64,000 nucleotides of DNA, taken from positions 47,932,401-47,996,400 of the forward strand of contig CM120641.1 in assembly GCA_051362555.1 (NCBI GenBank), in the 5' to 3' direction. A program made the translations under genes and the position numbers. How positions within the stretch are numbered: the first letter of the stretch is position 1; each line of letters starts with the position of its first letter. Shown in pieces: positions 1-11,900 of the stretch. Below the pieces are notes generated by a model, which saw only the letters and a list, made by a program, of their open reading frames with translations, made no database searches and had not been told where the DNA came from. This DNA comes from Lingula anatina. Lineage: Eukaryota; Animalia; Brachiopoda.

Positions 1-1086
1 TATATCGCCGGCAGCAGTGTTTTCTGATATGTTTTATATAGACTCATCATGTCCACGCCCATATTGCCGCTCTGAACTGCATAGTTTGAATCATCACTCG
101 GCTCTGCTCTGCATCTGAGCATTCAAGGACGTAAATCTGGCCACTGTATTGTAATCAGCCGTTGTAGGCCTAATGGCCTCCTCGATCTTGGCCAAAGTAC
201 TTAAAGAATCTGTTCACGGACTAATGGTCCGTAAAATACAGTTTATCAAATTTTATTGGTCTTTAACAAGTTTCTTGTAATAACTCAACGCAACTTCTCG
301 ACCGTGACCAACGGGGGATAAACACTCCTCCCCCATTCTCATCCCTACCCCCCCCCACCCCCTACAAAAACGCATGGCTTAAACTTACCAGATAAAGAAT
401 TAATAGCCACAATTAGCATGCTAACAGTTTAATCGACCTTGACTATCGAAATACTCGCATAAATTAACCTTGTTTGGACGGTTATTGAAATTCTGATAAA
501 TGAGATTGCATGTACATTGTTCTAAAAGTAACAGAAAAATGGGAAAAAAGAGCTGCTCTTCACCTACTGGACCTACGAAACGGGGAGGAAATGTGAACAG
601 GGAAAACATCAATACGGGAATAGGAAAAAAAGTAGCTGGGTTTATTCACATAAGTCACATTGGCTCGCCTTAAGATAAGCAATATAGCACTCCATCTTCA
701 ACACACTCGATTTATGAATTGCAAAAATCACGAGTACTTTGTAGTCAATACGATCACGCCGAGATTGGTTACACCGACGGTAAAATGTCTAAAATGAGCT
801 CATCCAGACACACCTGACACCGTCCCATTACTGGGCATACTGCTGAGAGAGCCGTTTCCAGCAGGGACTGAACCCATTCTGGCACCTGCGACTTTCTTGT
901 GCCTGATATCAAGATTACCGAGATCAATAAGGCGGTGAATACTGCCAGTGTGAAAACAAGTAAAACATCAGGATATTAAACTCTGTGTCAAATCTAATTA
1001 CCCGTATAATATAGGAAGAATCACAAAGCAGCACACTGGTGTCTGGACAGTGTATGGTACCAATGTACAGTATATGGTATTCTTAC

Positions 1087-1264
1087 CGTCGCCATCTCTG
1101 TCTCCGCATAAGTCTCCTGTACACCACCGCCAGAGGCCTTTCCACGTATTAAAGAAGTCTATGCGAGACCAGCCCATAGTGGCAAAGGCAATAACATTGC
1201 ATATGTTGGCAAGAAGGAGGAACACAAGGCATATCTTCAACGTTGTCGAGCAGGATAAAGCCAT
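1087..1264 (-). CDS. First coding exon of a claudin/PMP22/EMP-superfamily tetraspan membrane protein (remaining exons not found in the window)
   Basis: MALSCSTTLKICLVFLLLANICNVIAFATMGWSRIDFFNTWKGLWRWCTGDLCGD has an N-terminal TM helix followed by the W...GLW..C....C signature of the claudin/PMP22 first loop. GTAAG donor after 1087 (178 nt, phase 1). Confidence 0.75.
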
Positions 1265-3495
1265 ATTGACGCCGTCTGTGCTGGTTCCAATGTATTCAGG
1301 TGGTGTTCAATGCACGAGACAAGAACCCAATGTACACTGATCCAGTGCGTAGTATCTAAGCAAGAAAGCGAGGACAGGCTACAAGCGCTGCTGGTCTGCA
1401 ATAACCTATCTCTCTCGAACACAGTGAATGAGCTCTACAGTAAAAGTGAATGCTTGGTAGATACGCCCAGCCATAAATCGCGTCATATGTAAATAGGCCC
1501 ACACTCCATGCACTAGTAGGATCATTTCCGACCTCGTTTTACCAATGAAGTAGACAGCTACAGTGTAGATCAAAACGAGGTACATGCGTGTATGATGCTG
1601 CCACAGGTTGTCCGTGATACAGCAAATCTATCCAAAAATGTTTTTTATCCTGTGGGGGCGTTACGTTAAATGATTCATTTATGTGAGTTGTACTATAGCA
1701 CATGATGGACTGCTCACATACACGTGACGGTGAAATCACAGCAGTGTATGATAAAAAGGAGAACCCGTACTTTGTATTATCACATGCATCTATATTGTTA
1801 CATGTTATTCAATATGACGCATATAACAGTCATATGGTCAGTGTGTCTTTTTTTTTTTTTTTTTTTTTTTGCTAATGAATAGATCGTGGGTCAAATATCT
1901 GCGCCAAGGTTACATTGATATCAACAGTGTTCCGTTTCTTCAAGTCACCCTCTCGTCATGTTCGTCACACACGTCATCGTGTAAGCTATAAACGCCGTAT
2001 TTCTATTTGTCGTTCGTACAGAGTTAATGCCAAACACGTCAGTTTTCTCTTAGGCGTCCGTACAGTTAATGTCAAACACGTCAGTTTTCTATTTGCCGTT
2101 CACACGGAGCTAGCTAATATCACAAATTAGCGAAATAATTTGCAAAATCTGTTTATTGGAGGTCAGTGGAAGTCGCAACGAACAAAAAATGACAGTTAGA
2201 TATTGTTAACAAGAAAAAAACTAACGTTTACTTTTTACAAGGAGAGTTAAATCTATGGATATGATGGATAACGATAACGGAAAAAATATACGATGTACTC
2301 TTGAATACATACAACATGTATTTATCAGATTTAGTCCTGTGGTACTTTCCTTGATATGATTTAAAAGTTTTCTCAGAAAAAATATTAAAAGGTTCCTTGA
2401 ATATAGATACTGTAATAATAAACAGAATGAAAAATGTTGTGGAAATCTCAGAAAGGTGCACAGGTCGACAAACCTAATGCTCCAGAGAGGGTTGATATTG
2501 TTTTAGGTGAGACCTCTCATCTGGATGATCTGGTCAATATCTTTTTAGTTTTATTTTCCAAAGGGTTACTCTATATGAACATGTTAATGGTGGGGGTGGT
2601 GATACATATTGAACATGTACCTGTATCTTAATCACGCCTTGTCCAAACATGGCGCCGGGGTCTTCTGTGAAATATGCAACAAACCGATAAGAGTGAACTT
2701 TTTTTGACAGGTCTAGTTGTTTGGGATCCCGTATGTGGTTCTTTCTTTGTAATCTCCCTTTTCCAGTCCGACCTCTTGATGGTTTATCTCCGATCGTGAT
2801 ATTGTTAGTAGTCCGCGTTCCATTTTAAGCGTTGTCTTTTCGCGCTATTATCCTGGTCATGGTCAGAACGCAAGAAAATTTCAAGCAGACAAATACCACT
2901 GGCAATGAAGTGCAAGGTCGTGCACGTTTTTGTATAGTCACAAATATAGCCTCTTTAAAATATAAAAAGCAGAGTAGTAAAAATGAAAAAGAGTAAAGCT
3001 GTGAAATTGTAAAGTTTACTTTCTACAAGCGATTTTCGTTTTACCAAGGACTTTTGATCAGTTGAATAGTGATCATAGAAAAAAGAAATATATATTTATT
3101 CTAGATCTATAATATATACATATCAATTTTAGAGTTGTAGTACATTCCTCGAAATAATTCAAAAATAAAGTTGAATATAGATACTAGTACTGGGATATTA
3201 TACAAAATGCATTCCCAAGTGGAAAGGTCCACTGGCCGACAATCCTATTGTTTCAGATGAGAACAGGGGAGATGCTATCTTTCGATAGTAACTGTGTATG
3301 AACACAGTGGTGACTTTAGTATGTATAATGAACATATATCTCACACACTCCCTGTCCAAAGATGACTTGACGGCCTTGGAAAATACAATAAACAAATGGA
3401 ACTGATTTTCTGACGGATTTAGTTTGTACGTTGGTACTTGGGGTCCAATGTCTCTCTCTTCTTCAGTTTTGATATGGTGTATCCAGATGATAGTG

Positions 3496-6400
3496 CTAGC
3501 CGTCGACGCAGTCCAAGGGACCACGGGAACCTAGAGAACGGTTTATTATTTTGAATCTAAGAAGTTACAATTATAACTCGAGCTAAAAAATTGTCAAACA
3601 GCTTATGTTGCGTGATTGCCTGTACTTTCTTTTTTTCCGAAGTTTCTTGTGACTCACCGTGTTTAACAACCGCTGCGTCGCATAATTTCTTAAACTTCCC
3701 GCTGGAGACCAGTTTGTTGAACCCTACGTTCCAATAGGAGTTGAAGTCGTTGTCTTTCCGTGTCATCATTCCGTTGCCAGCCAGCGTGCAATAAAAACCA
3801 CCCCAAGGGACTTGTTCAATCTCAGGGTTGGCTCTTGATGTGTAGCCTGTCATGTGGACTGCAGGTACAAATGCTACATCTATCTGTTAGTGATAAGGGG
3901 TTAAATATAATTTTCAAAATACTTTTAAATTCCATAAATCAAGAAGAGCATAATTAAACATTGCATTGCACATTAATGTAATAGGGAACTTAACAAGGAA
4001 ATTGAATGCCACTGATAAAACGGTAAATATTATTAAACCAAACTCGACATTCTTAACAATATAGATATCGAACACTGATCTATATTTTAAGGTCAAAATC
4101 AGACATGTTAATTATCATACCTCGTCACTTTTCAACTTGGCTACGATATTTTCAAGGTTATTAACGTGGTCGCTGGTCATATTGTCCTGACCTGTTACGT
4201 CAGTCCATCTGGACAGACACTTTTCATCACTAAACCACCCATCAACGAAACCTAAAACAATACAGTTGATTTGATTTCTTTCAAATTTATCCATTTATTC
4301 ATTTATTATTTATTTATTTATTCATTTACCAAACCTCCATAAATGTGCTATAGCAGTTAGTAACTTCATTTGCCTAAATAATCTGTTGTTCCAAGAAACC
4401 ACAGTTGTAACAATGAATACGTAACAGTACTGATGATACTCTTTGTTAAATAGCGTATAATGTCATTAACAAGTGCGCAGCCTAAAACCTTGGCTTAAGC
4501 TTGAAACACTAATGCTTATCAAAGTTTTATGCTTTGGCTAATAAATGCCATTTACCAATTTTCTTGTTAGCTAAATTTTTGGAAGGAAACGAAGCAGCGT
4601 TCCCCGTCTTCATATATAAATAGCTGATCGGGGCCTTAAAGAATGACGAAGAAAAACTGAACACCTGGATCCTCTCTAAGGTACGAAACCAGCCGGTGCA
4701 GGCATCATACCAACGGCCCATCAAACCTGAAATGTAGAATAATTCCAACGCTATAGAGATGTTTGCTTACAGCGTTTACATGAATAATGCCGGTCTAAAA
4801 GATTTTGAGCCAGAAAGTCATTTTTTGTCAAGACCAACGTTTCATTTTAATTGTGAAAAAAGGGAAGTTTTTTAGCAATTCACATTAATTAAGCGGTGGA
4901 CTTGTATCAATTTACGCTGTGTCCAAGGGGATAAAAATGTTTATCACGTTAATAATAAAATGCAAGATATTAATAAAAATGAGATGAAAATGAAAGATTC
5001 TGAAATGGTGTAGTCAACAAGACATCACTAAAACACTCCACGTACCCTGGCCGCCGTGTGAGGGTTGTCCTGGGGTGGTGTCCCAGCAGTTGGTATGCTT
5101 GTCCCATATAGTACGACAGTCCATGCCAGCCTCGGTGCAAACTGTAGGAATTTTTAAATTTAAATTGTCTTGGCTTTCTTTGCAATATTTGACCCCAAAA
5201 TCATAATATCCCCAAAAAATAATGTATTCCATTTGCTTTCCATCTTGGTAAACTACATGTATGAATGTGTAAACATGCATCTTTCATTGATTTGGACTGG
5301 CAGAGAGGATGATGGGGAATAAGCAGTGATTAAGTTCTAAAACATCAACGTATAGGTTAAAATGAATTTCTATTTACCCGCGTCAATTAAATCCAAATGA
5401 AAGCCTGCCAAGTAGCCAGAGGTGTCTCTGAAAATGAAAACATCACAGGTATAACACGACAGAATTTTTCTCCACAGTTATTAACACCAGCAGAAGTAAC
5501 CGTGTTCGGTAAAGTTTATAAACACCCTCTAACCTCTTACTGCTGATATTACCGATACCACGCCATTTTTATCAAACTTTCCTGTAAGATGAAAAGACAA
5601 TGCAGACTACAAAAGTTTGAAAATAACTACATATACAGACACAGAGTACAGTTTCCAAAGTAGAATTTTGACAAATATTACGAAAAATATATAGTTTGGT
5701 ACTTACAATCTTGATTTTAAATGCTTTCTAAATTCAGTTATGTAATAGTTTCTGGTTTCAGATAAATTAGTTTTGTAATTTTCTGATTTTTCGGTTTTCC
5801 TTAGCTCACATTTTATTGAAATGTATTTCTTTTTATTACATGGCAAGTAATAAGTATCTTCTTATTGTATTTTTTTGACAAATTTGAATAGCAAACACCT
5901 TGTTTGTCAAGTCACCATATAAAACTTATTGAAAGTCAGACTTGTGTGGTTTTGGGGGCCTGCTGTAAAAGTTGCATGTTACACTTCATGCTTTTTCACC
6001 TCTTTAATATGCAGAGATAACTTTGTAATACCTTTAATGCGCACGGAAAATTTTACCTACCTATATTCTAAAGCGCCTAAAAAAGTGCTAAATTAAAACT
6101 TTAAGTCGCTCTATTTAATACCTAGGCACTTTCATTACTTCAGATGGCAGAGTTTCAACAGAAATATCGCAAAGACTTGGACAAGCAAAAACACCATTTC
6201 ACCAAATGAAAAACATAACAAACCGTATCAATAGAAACAAGAACGAAAATGCTACATAGAACCGTGTATGTTCCGTCAAAAACGCAGATCATTAGTATTT
6301 AAAATAAATTTTAAATAATAATAATAATAATCAAAAAAAGCCAAAGGTTTGTAATGAGACACTTAACTGGTATTAGTCCCCCTGATATCAACTGATCAAC

Positions 6401-6959
6401 GTTCTGGCACAGATTTGGTAAGATTTATATTCATTACTGCCATAGATTTGTTTTTTATGGCATTGAGACAAAAAGAAATTTCCCTCAATCCTGGCGATGC
6501 TTTCATTTGCTGTCTGTTGGATGTTGCTTATAGCAGCTGACAACACATGCCTCAAACACAGTTGTACCATCCACGAAGCCAGGACAGCGTAGGAAGCAAA
6601 TACTTTTACCAACCGGACGAGAAAAGCCAAGCTACTCCATGTAATGAAAAGAGATATTATAGAGCAACTGGTAACAGGAAATTCGTGGAGAAAAAGAAGC
6701 AGGATGACATAAGACAAAGAGGAAAATGCTGGACAGCTGCAAATATTACGTGAGTGGGACGTGGATGGGCCATACTAACATGATGATGATGATGATAATA
6801 TTGATTTTGAATTTGTACCCCGGTTAAGGAAATGGCCTTGTATTTTATACAATGATATTTTGATAAGTTATATTCTTAACAGGGTATTTACTCTTACTTC
6901 ATACAGTGTAAGTTACCTGCAGGAGTAGTGCCACCTTCCATAATTTCAAATTTCTGCAT
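3496..6959 (-). CDS. SBP-family-3-like paralog 1 (anchor exon deleted; either a 255-aa anchorless isoform or a young pseudogene)
   Basis: GT-AG exons: 6959-6917 (MQKFEIMEGGTTPA), putative 6076-6061 micro-exon (GALEYR), 5427-5378, 5141-5046, 4726-4556, 4251-4121, 3883-3658, 3530-3496 (GSRGPLDCVDG*). The downstream exons have no stops or frameshifts. The TM exon present in paralogs 2, 3, 5 and 6 is missing. Confidence 0.7.
6085..6780 (+). mobile_element. Degenerate non-LTR retrotransposon (RTE-like LINE) 3' remnant in an intron of paralog 1
   Basis: From 6119 it reads YLGTFITSDGRVSTEISQRLGQAKTPFHQMKNI, a typical post-RT LINE segment. A frameshifted C-terminal remnant lies at about 6660-6740. 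Homologous to 13745-14770. Confidence 0.65.
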
Positions 6960-7872
6960 CAAATGTCGGTTAAGGGAATGCTACAAACTCTAAAACAGAA
7001 AATGAGAGTTTTTAAATCAAATATAAAGACAGCTTATTACATTAACAGGGCTGAAATGCATTGGTTGACCACTACCAGCTCTCCTACACCGTGGTAGCCA
7101 ATACACCTCACACCTTAAACTATGTGGGGTGCGTCCTGTCGACCAGAGGCAGAAATTTGGAAATATACTTCTCACAAGCTGTTCTCCAAACCCATTGTGC
7201 GTCCATCACTTGTGACAACGCTGAACCTGCTTCAACCTGAGAACAGTATTATTGCCCAATTGTTGGCTAGCGTAAATGCCATAGTTCTGGTACACCATCT
7301 TAATTAATATTTAAAAGATAATTGGTGTTGGGATATTTCAAAGGTCAAGCTAGGTATATCAATGCTCTACTACTTACGTCGCCAACTTACACTATGATAG
7401 GTTGTCTGCTGTTAATCAAAATTTAGTAAGATTTAATTTTTGGTGCCCTCCTGGCAATGTTCAAAATTGCGGTATGGGTGACAATTCATTTGGAAAGGGA
7501 TTATATAAATCTTCAGTCATGTGGGGCCAGAGAGCGCAGGCGGTTGCTTAGGATCTTCAATATAAAAAAAAAAGAATTGCAAACTTCTCATCACTTTTTT
7601 CTAGAATTTCACACACAAAACAGTGTTTACAGGTTACATACAGAAAGTTGCTCTCAATATTTATATATTGAGGGTATATTTAAAGTATGTATGAATATAC
7701 ACATGTATTATGTGAATCAGTGCAATTTGAAGACGACCAGAAATAAAACAAATCAGGAAAGTTTAAACAAGCAGTCAACCAATCAAAATGCTATATAACA
7801 GAAAAGAAACACACATTCACGCGCTCACATAAACGCCCACAAGTGCATACACTCACATTTTCTCTTTCTTAC

Positions 7873-7975
7873 CTGCTGCGGTGATGTCATTAAAACATGT
7901 CTCAAACAAGGTTATAATCCACTTCGACTGACAGTACTCCACTAGCAGAATACAAAATATGTTTAAGTACGTGAT
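7873..7975 (-). other. Probable non-coding first exon (5'UTR) of paralog 1
   Basis: CAG|GTAAG donor at 7873/7872. The block is conserved at about 16084-16185 (paralog 2) and about 24280-24400 (paralog 3, CAG|GTGAG). Upper boundary is approximate. Confidence 0.45.
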
Positions 7976-8035
7976 ATTAGTCGTGTTGGAGTGTAGGGGT
8001 GATGGGAGAGGTCGAGATAAAACGAGGTAAGCAGC

Positions 8036-8243
8036 ATTTAAGCAAAATATAGCTTGTTTATTAAATAAGGTGACTATTAACAAACCACCATACGTGTGCC
8101 CTACTACAAAAGAGGTTTCTCTTGGTTTCTAATTAGAATATTTAAGCAAAGTATAGCTTGTCTATTACATAAGGTGACTATGAACGTATCACCATACCGT
8201 GTGTCCTACTACTAAGAGGTTTAACTTTGTTTCTAATCAGGAT
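8036..8243. repeat. Tandem duplication of an ~104-bp unit upstream of paralog 1
   Basis: atttaagcaaa.tatagcttgt...gtttctaat.ag.at occurs at 8036-8139 and 8140-8243. The homologous region upstream of paralog 2 (about 16246-16355) has a single copy. Confidence 0.8.
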
Positions 8244-8906
8244 ATGATAAAACAGATTAAGAGGCTAAATAAGTATTACCTACGCATAATGGAAATAGTA
8301 AAGCACATTCCTTCTTGTGTTAATCGTGTAACTTTCACGTACATGTAATCTGGGATTATTGATGGTGTATTGGAACGATGTGATTCACTCTCATTGTTAT
8401 TTAGTCTCTAAGATAGGAGTATCTCTGTTTCATTATACATTACACGTCTATAAATACTTCTATTTATTCGAATGCTATTCTTTCAGCACGTTCTTCCATC
8501 CTTAAAAATTATTCCGTATTTTAACATTTTATCAAAATCTTTTTAATTGTCCATGTTTGAGTAAAAATAAAAACGAGTAAAAACAATACGCTATTACAAC
8601 CAAACAGGTTTAAATGGATCTAAAAACAGACTAATTCTTGCTAATCGGGATCGAAACCTTTTGGTAGATATTCATTGGGTAGGCCCAGAATTGATTTTAT
8701 TATTTAAAATGACGCATAACAAGTAAATTTAGCTCATCTTTTTTTGATACAGAAATAAAAAATAATATAATGAAATATGAGATAACAAAAATAATACTTT
8801 TCACCCCCTTGAAACTTTTTGGTGTGTCTTAATTGTCAGTATTTTCTCTCTGTAATCCCTCTTCTGCAGTCTCTTTTTCGCTTTTGGTGATACCTACATG
8901 GTATTT

Positions 8907-11900
8907 CTAGCCATCAACGCAGGGCACGTGACCACGAGAACCTACAAAAGTTCTTTAAACTTACAGGTAACATACAGTATTGTGACGAAATAACGTTGTA
9001 TGAAATGGCATCAATTTCATTTCGCCTGTTTTCGAGTGTGTTCTGTTCAGTGAGGATATGATATATTATTGCTGTAGGCCTACAGTTTTTTTATGTGAGA
9101 CCACTTATTGCCGACTGAATTTTAATCTTGTTTATCATTAGAAAACAAAATGTTACATCTAGTAACCGTGGCTGTTGTATTTTACTTTTTAGTTAGGAAA
9201 GCTTTCCAATTTCAACATCTCAGCTGATATCCGGGTTATGAAGAATACTGCTTTTTAGAGCGGGTTTCATGTGACTCACCGTGTTTTGTAGCGGCATCGT
9301 CGCATAATTTCTTAAACTTCCCGCTGGAGACCAGTTTGCTGAGGCCTACGTTCCATTTTGAGTTGAAGTCGTTGTCTTTCCGTGTCATCACCCCGTTGCC
9401 GGACAACATGCAAGAAAACCCCACCCCGGGAACTTGTTCAACCTCGGGGATGGCTCTTGATGAATAGTGCACCATGTCTAGGGCAGACGCGAAGGCAACT
9501 TCTATCTGTTTGTTAAAACAATGATATAGATTTAGTTTGCACCAAACATGTGTGTGTAGCATACTCCTGTTTACTGTGAAGTTCATAATGAAATATCTCG
9601 TGGCACTGTATTAATTCAAATATAAAGTTTTCATAGTTACTTCTGTAATACAGACTTGACATTTAATATGGAATATTTTTTTAAATCATTTTTCATCAGT
9701 TTTTTCCTATTTTGCCGACTGATAAATGAAAATAATGATTAAAATCGTATTCTAATAACGCTTAATGATCTATTTGATGTCACTGTGACATCGGTTTATT
9801 AATTGAAATCGCCAGTGCCTATTCTAAGTCATACGACAAGCATTTAAAGTTATATTATGGATCTCCATATATCTAAACTATCATTACATATATCTAAATT
9901 ATCATTAACACGTCCCACAAAAGAACATCATGTCGCTCTTACGCCTGACCTCATTTGCTACCAGGGCTCTCAAGCAGCAAGGCATTCCTTGAGATAGGTT
10001 TTTAGAGTTGAATCTGGAAAAACATTTCAGGTATCGGTCAAAACTTGTCCAATTTGGTACAATTTTTTTGTAGGACATGTAGGCCGTTGATTCGGCGAGT
10101 AATGACCTACCCACATATTTGCCCCTCATTCTGAACGGACTGGGTAGCTTTTGTGTTAAGTTGCAGCAGCATATCGCCTAAGCTAAGCTTCGACCCGCCC
10201 AAAGGAGCGCTACCAAAATAAATCATTGCATATTACACAATGCAGCAGTGCAACAGACATGATAGTCCGTTGGTTGCGACACACCTGACTACACACTTCT
10301 CCATTCGTATAACTTATATGAGATCTGATTTTTTTTTTTTAACAGCATTTATATCTAGGCATACCTTTGAAACTGAAATATTCCATATTAAATGTCAAGT
10401 CTGTATATTACGAAGCCAAATTTCGTTTTTGCTGCCCGAAGAAAATTGGCACATTCTTCAATTCAAGATTGGAATCGAACACGCTAAATGTCATACCTCG
10501 CCACTTTTCAACTTGGCTACGACATCTGCAGGGTTCTGAACGTGGATGATGGTCATATTGTCCTGACCTTTGACGTCAGTCCATCTGACCAAACACTTCT
10601 CATCAGTAGCAAATCCATCAATGAAACCTTAAATAATCAAGGAGATTAATTTTCTATTTTCTATTACTATTTTTATTACCTACCTGATTGACAATACAAT
10701 TGCAATACATTGATGTAGGTAATCTTGCTAACACACGGATTTATTTTAAAAAAAAACTAAACAAGACTAACAAAACAACTGAGGAAAGTATAACTGACCG
10801 TTATTACAAAACATCGCCAACAACTGCAGATCCTACGATTGCCGCTTCGATTTCTAATTGATACATTAATGCTTATCGGTGTTATTTGCTTTGATAAAAA
10901 TATGTGTCTTACCGATTTTCTTGTTAGCTAAGTTTCTGGATGAAAACGAAGCAGCATTTCCCGGCTTCGTAAATAAATAGCTGACTGGGGGCTTGAGGAA
11001 TGGCGAAGAAAAACTGAACACCTGAACCCTACCTATGGTTGGAAACCAGCCGACGCAAGCATCATACCAACGGCCCATCAAACCTGAAATGTGGTTGTAT
11101 ACTATGACAGACAACTGCGTTTTTGGTGGTGAACTTTTGTCATCAGTAATAATTGCGTCCAATGTAGCAGTCTCTCTTGCGAAATTAACAAAGATTGAAG
11201 AATATACTTGAAGACATATTGAATAACAAGTGCTTGTTATATTTGTCTACCTAGTTTTAGGTATATTCGCCAATATTATTAATATTAATGATATAAAACA
11301 AACCACTGCAAGTGGCATAGGCTGTGCCTCACACATTTTGAGTATATTCATATGCTTAGAAAGGCAGAACTCACATTGGCAATATCGATTCCAAAATAAC
11401 AAACCAAAAGTTAATATTTTCAAAAACATCAATTTTAAGAATAAGGATAAAACTATATCTCCCCATTGCAATAAGGCATGTGCCTAACGATACACAATTT
11501 AATTATTTAGTATCATTTATTTTATCTATCTATATTAATCTATATTAAACAAGGTCAATTTGATTAATTCAGAAAGCTTTTATTGATTTAAGCTGTCAAA
11601 ATAGGCCACATTTTTCGGTGAAGATTAATTTTTGTTAGCATTCATTTAATTATTGATTTTAGCCGTTTTATAGCCATATCGTTGGAGGAAATTAGAAGAA
11701 ACCCATTTTTAGAAAAACCGAAAACGACAATTCTTATGCAATTAGTAGTATTAAAATCGAAAAAATTATGATCTTAGCGAGGCAAACGTAATAATATAGA
11801 GAAGAACGCAACGGAGTGAGAAAAAAAAATTAAATAAATCTAAAAAGAAGCAGTTAATAAAATATCACCAAAACACACCACGTACCCCGGCCGCCGTGTG

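Noticed and set aside
770-945. Candidate second exon of the claudin-like gene (VFTALLISVILISG...)
   Set aside because: The open stretch does not resemble claudin TM2 context and ends in a stop; unsupported.
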